The notes under the pieces were generated by a model. It was not told the origin of the DNA, ran no database searches, and saw only the letters and a program-made list of their open reading frames with translations. DNA of 64,000 nucleotides from Octopus bimaculoides (taxonomy: Eukaryota), in contig NC_068981.1 of NCBI RefSeq assembly GCF_001194135.2, forward strand, positions 135,054,458-135,118,457, written 5' to 3'. Of the stretch, positions 63,281 to 64,000 are shown piece by piece; position 1 is the first letter of the stretch; each line of letters begins with the position of its first letter. A program made the position numbers and the translations under genes.

Positions 63281-63331
63281 ATGATGATGTACAAGATGAA
63301 CCTCCAGTAAATTTATTTGCTAGTGCCAAAG
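63281..63331 (+). CDS. SUCO: SUCO exon: DDDVQDEPPVNLFASAK
   Basis: tatatttcag acceptor; AAG|gtgtgg donor at 63332 (weaker); NLF.SAK matches the post-SUN NLLGSAT/NLFGSAK motif; phase 1/1. Confidence 0.85.
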
Positions 63332-63357
63332 GTGTGGATGCTTTACCTCATTCAGTC

Positions 63358-63360
<3 letters not shown>

Positions 63361-63408
<48 letters not shown>
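63361..63408. repeat. (CT)n microsatellite
   Basis: About 30 nt downstream of the exon 63281-63331 donor. Confidence 0.95.
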
Positions 63409-63410
<2 letters not shown>

Positions 63411-63732
63411 CCTACCCTTTCCAATTTCTCTCTCCACCTACTCATTCCATTTTCTCTCTCTCCTACTCTCTCAACACCATCCCTCTTTCTCTCCCCCTCC
63501 TTTGATAATCTGCTGTGCTAGGTTGAGCAATGGAAATTTCTTCTCCTATTCTTTCTAATAAATAATCAAAAGATGCAAAATGCATAGACATGTTTGCATG
63601 TTCGTACAGATTAATCGTCATAAACATAAATGCATATGCATACTTGATTTCTTCCATTTCTGGCTTCCACTTCCAGAGTATTTAACTTATATTTAATAAC
63701 TCTGTGTGTGTGTTATAATAGAATGCCAAATT

Positions 63733-64000
63733 TCATCATCATCATCATCCAGTGTTTTGTCCCCGGTAACGAGGATGGCTGGATCTACCTCAATGCCATA
63801 GCAACTTTACCCAGTTTTGGGCATCCTTCTTTTTCAAACCAACCCTCCCAATCTCCTCCTCCACTTTTTCCTCGGTCTACCTCACTTTCACGCTCTATTT
63901 ACCTCAGACACAATCGCCCTCCTCAGAACATGCCCTTCATCCCTTCTCAACACATGCCCACACCACCTCACACTGTCTTTTCCTTTGTCTGTCTCCAGAC
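63733..64000 (-). mobile_element. RTE-clade LINE 3' end, decayed (continues past window edge)
   Basis: (GAT)n tail at left; the minus strand retains RWYGHVLRR / GRPRKKW-like remnants (aggtggtgtgggcatgtgttgagaaggg; gtagaccgaggaaaaagtgg). Confidence 0.7.

Larger units (their letters stand above)
35318..63331 (+). other. SUCO: SUCO gene span (partial; 10 coding exons found; first exon unresolved; 3' part beyond window)
   Basis: join(35318..35420,40397..40480,40973..41073,48338..48490,51672..51895,52022..52196,56710..56817,59577..59738,62677..62738,63281..63331) = 1223 nt. All introns are GT-AG, phases match (0,0,2,2,1,2,2,2,1) and there is no stop. The translation contains NYASADCGAK...YMINPC...WFIVELCE...ELFSS...HYGEEHFCPLTLFRVFG, the SUCO/SLP1-type SUN domain. 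Confidence 0.93.

Overview
AT-rich, repeat-dense animal genomic DNA from a gapped short-read draft assembly (8 N-gaps). The repeat families resemble those I associate with octopus genomes, so the organism call is inference. One protein-coding gene is supported: SUCO (SUN domain-containing ossification factor, SLP1 family), on the + strand. Ten GT-AG coding exons between 35318 and 63331 splice in a consistent phase into about 407 stop-free codons: a low-complexity luminal N-terminus, the PSYSEWTKKV motif and a complete SUN domain. The gene continues beyond the right edge, and its start exon is not firmly located. The rest is intron-like sequence containing RTE, R4/Dong-like and HERO-like LINE remnants, at least six SINE-like families, Penelope-like palindromes with a decayed hammerhead ribozyme motif, Helentron/HINE-like elements, piggyBac-, hAT- and pogo-type MITEs, and microsatellites. 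I found no convincing new multi-gene system. The most unusual observations are: (i) a ~420-bp-arm inverted duplication of apparently non-repetitive intron sequence inside the SUN-domain region; (ii) one RTE element split into two oppositely oriented halves at (TA)n arrays; (iii) hammerhead-bearing Penelope-like palindromes nested reciprocally with CORE-type SINEs; (iv) a nested transposon stack with recoverable target-site duplications; (v) a (TAA)n-anchored cluster of seven insertions.
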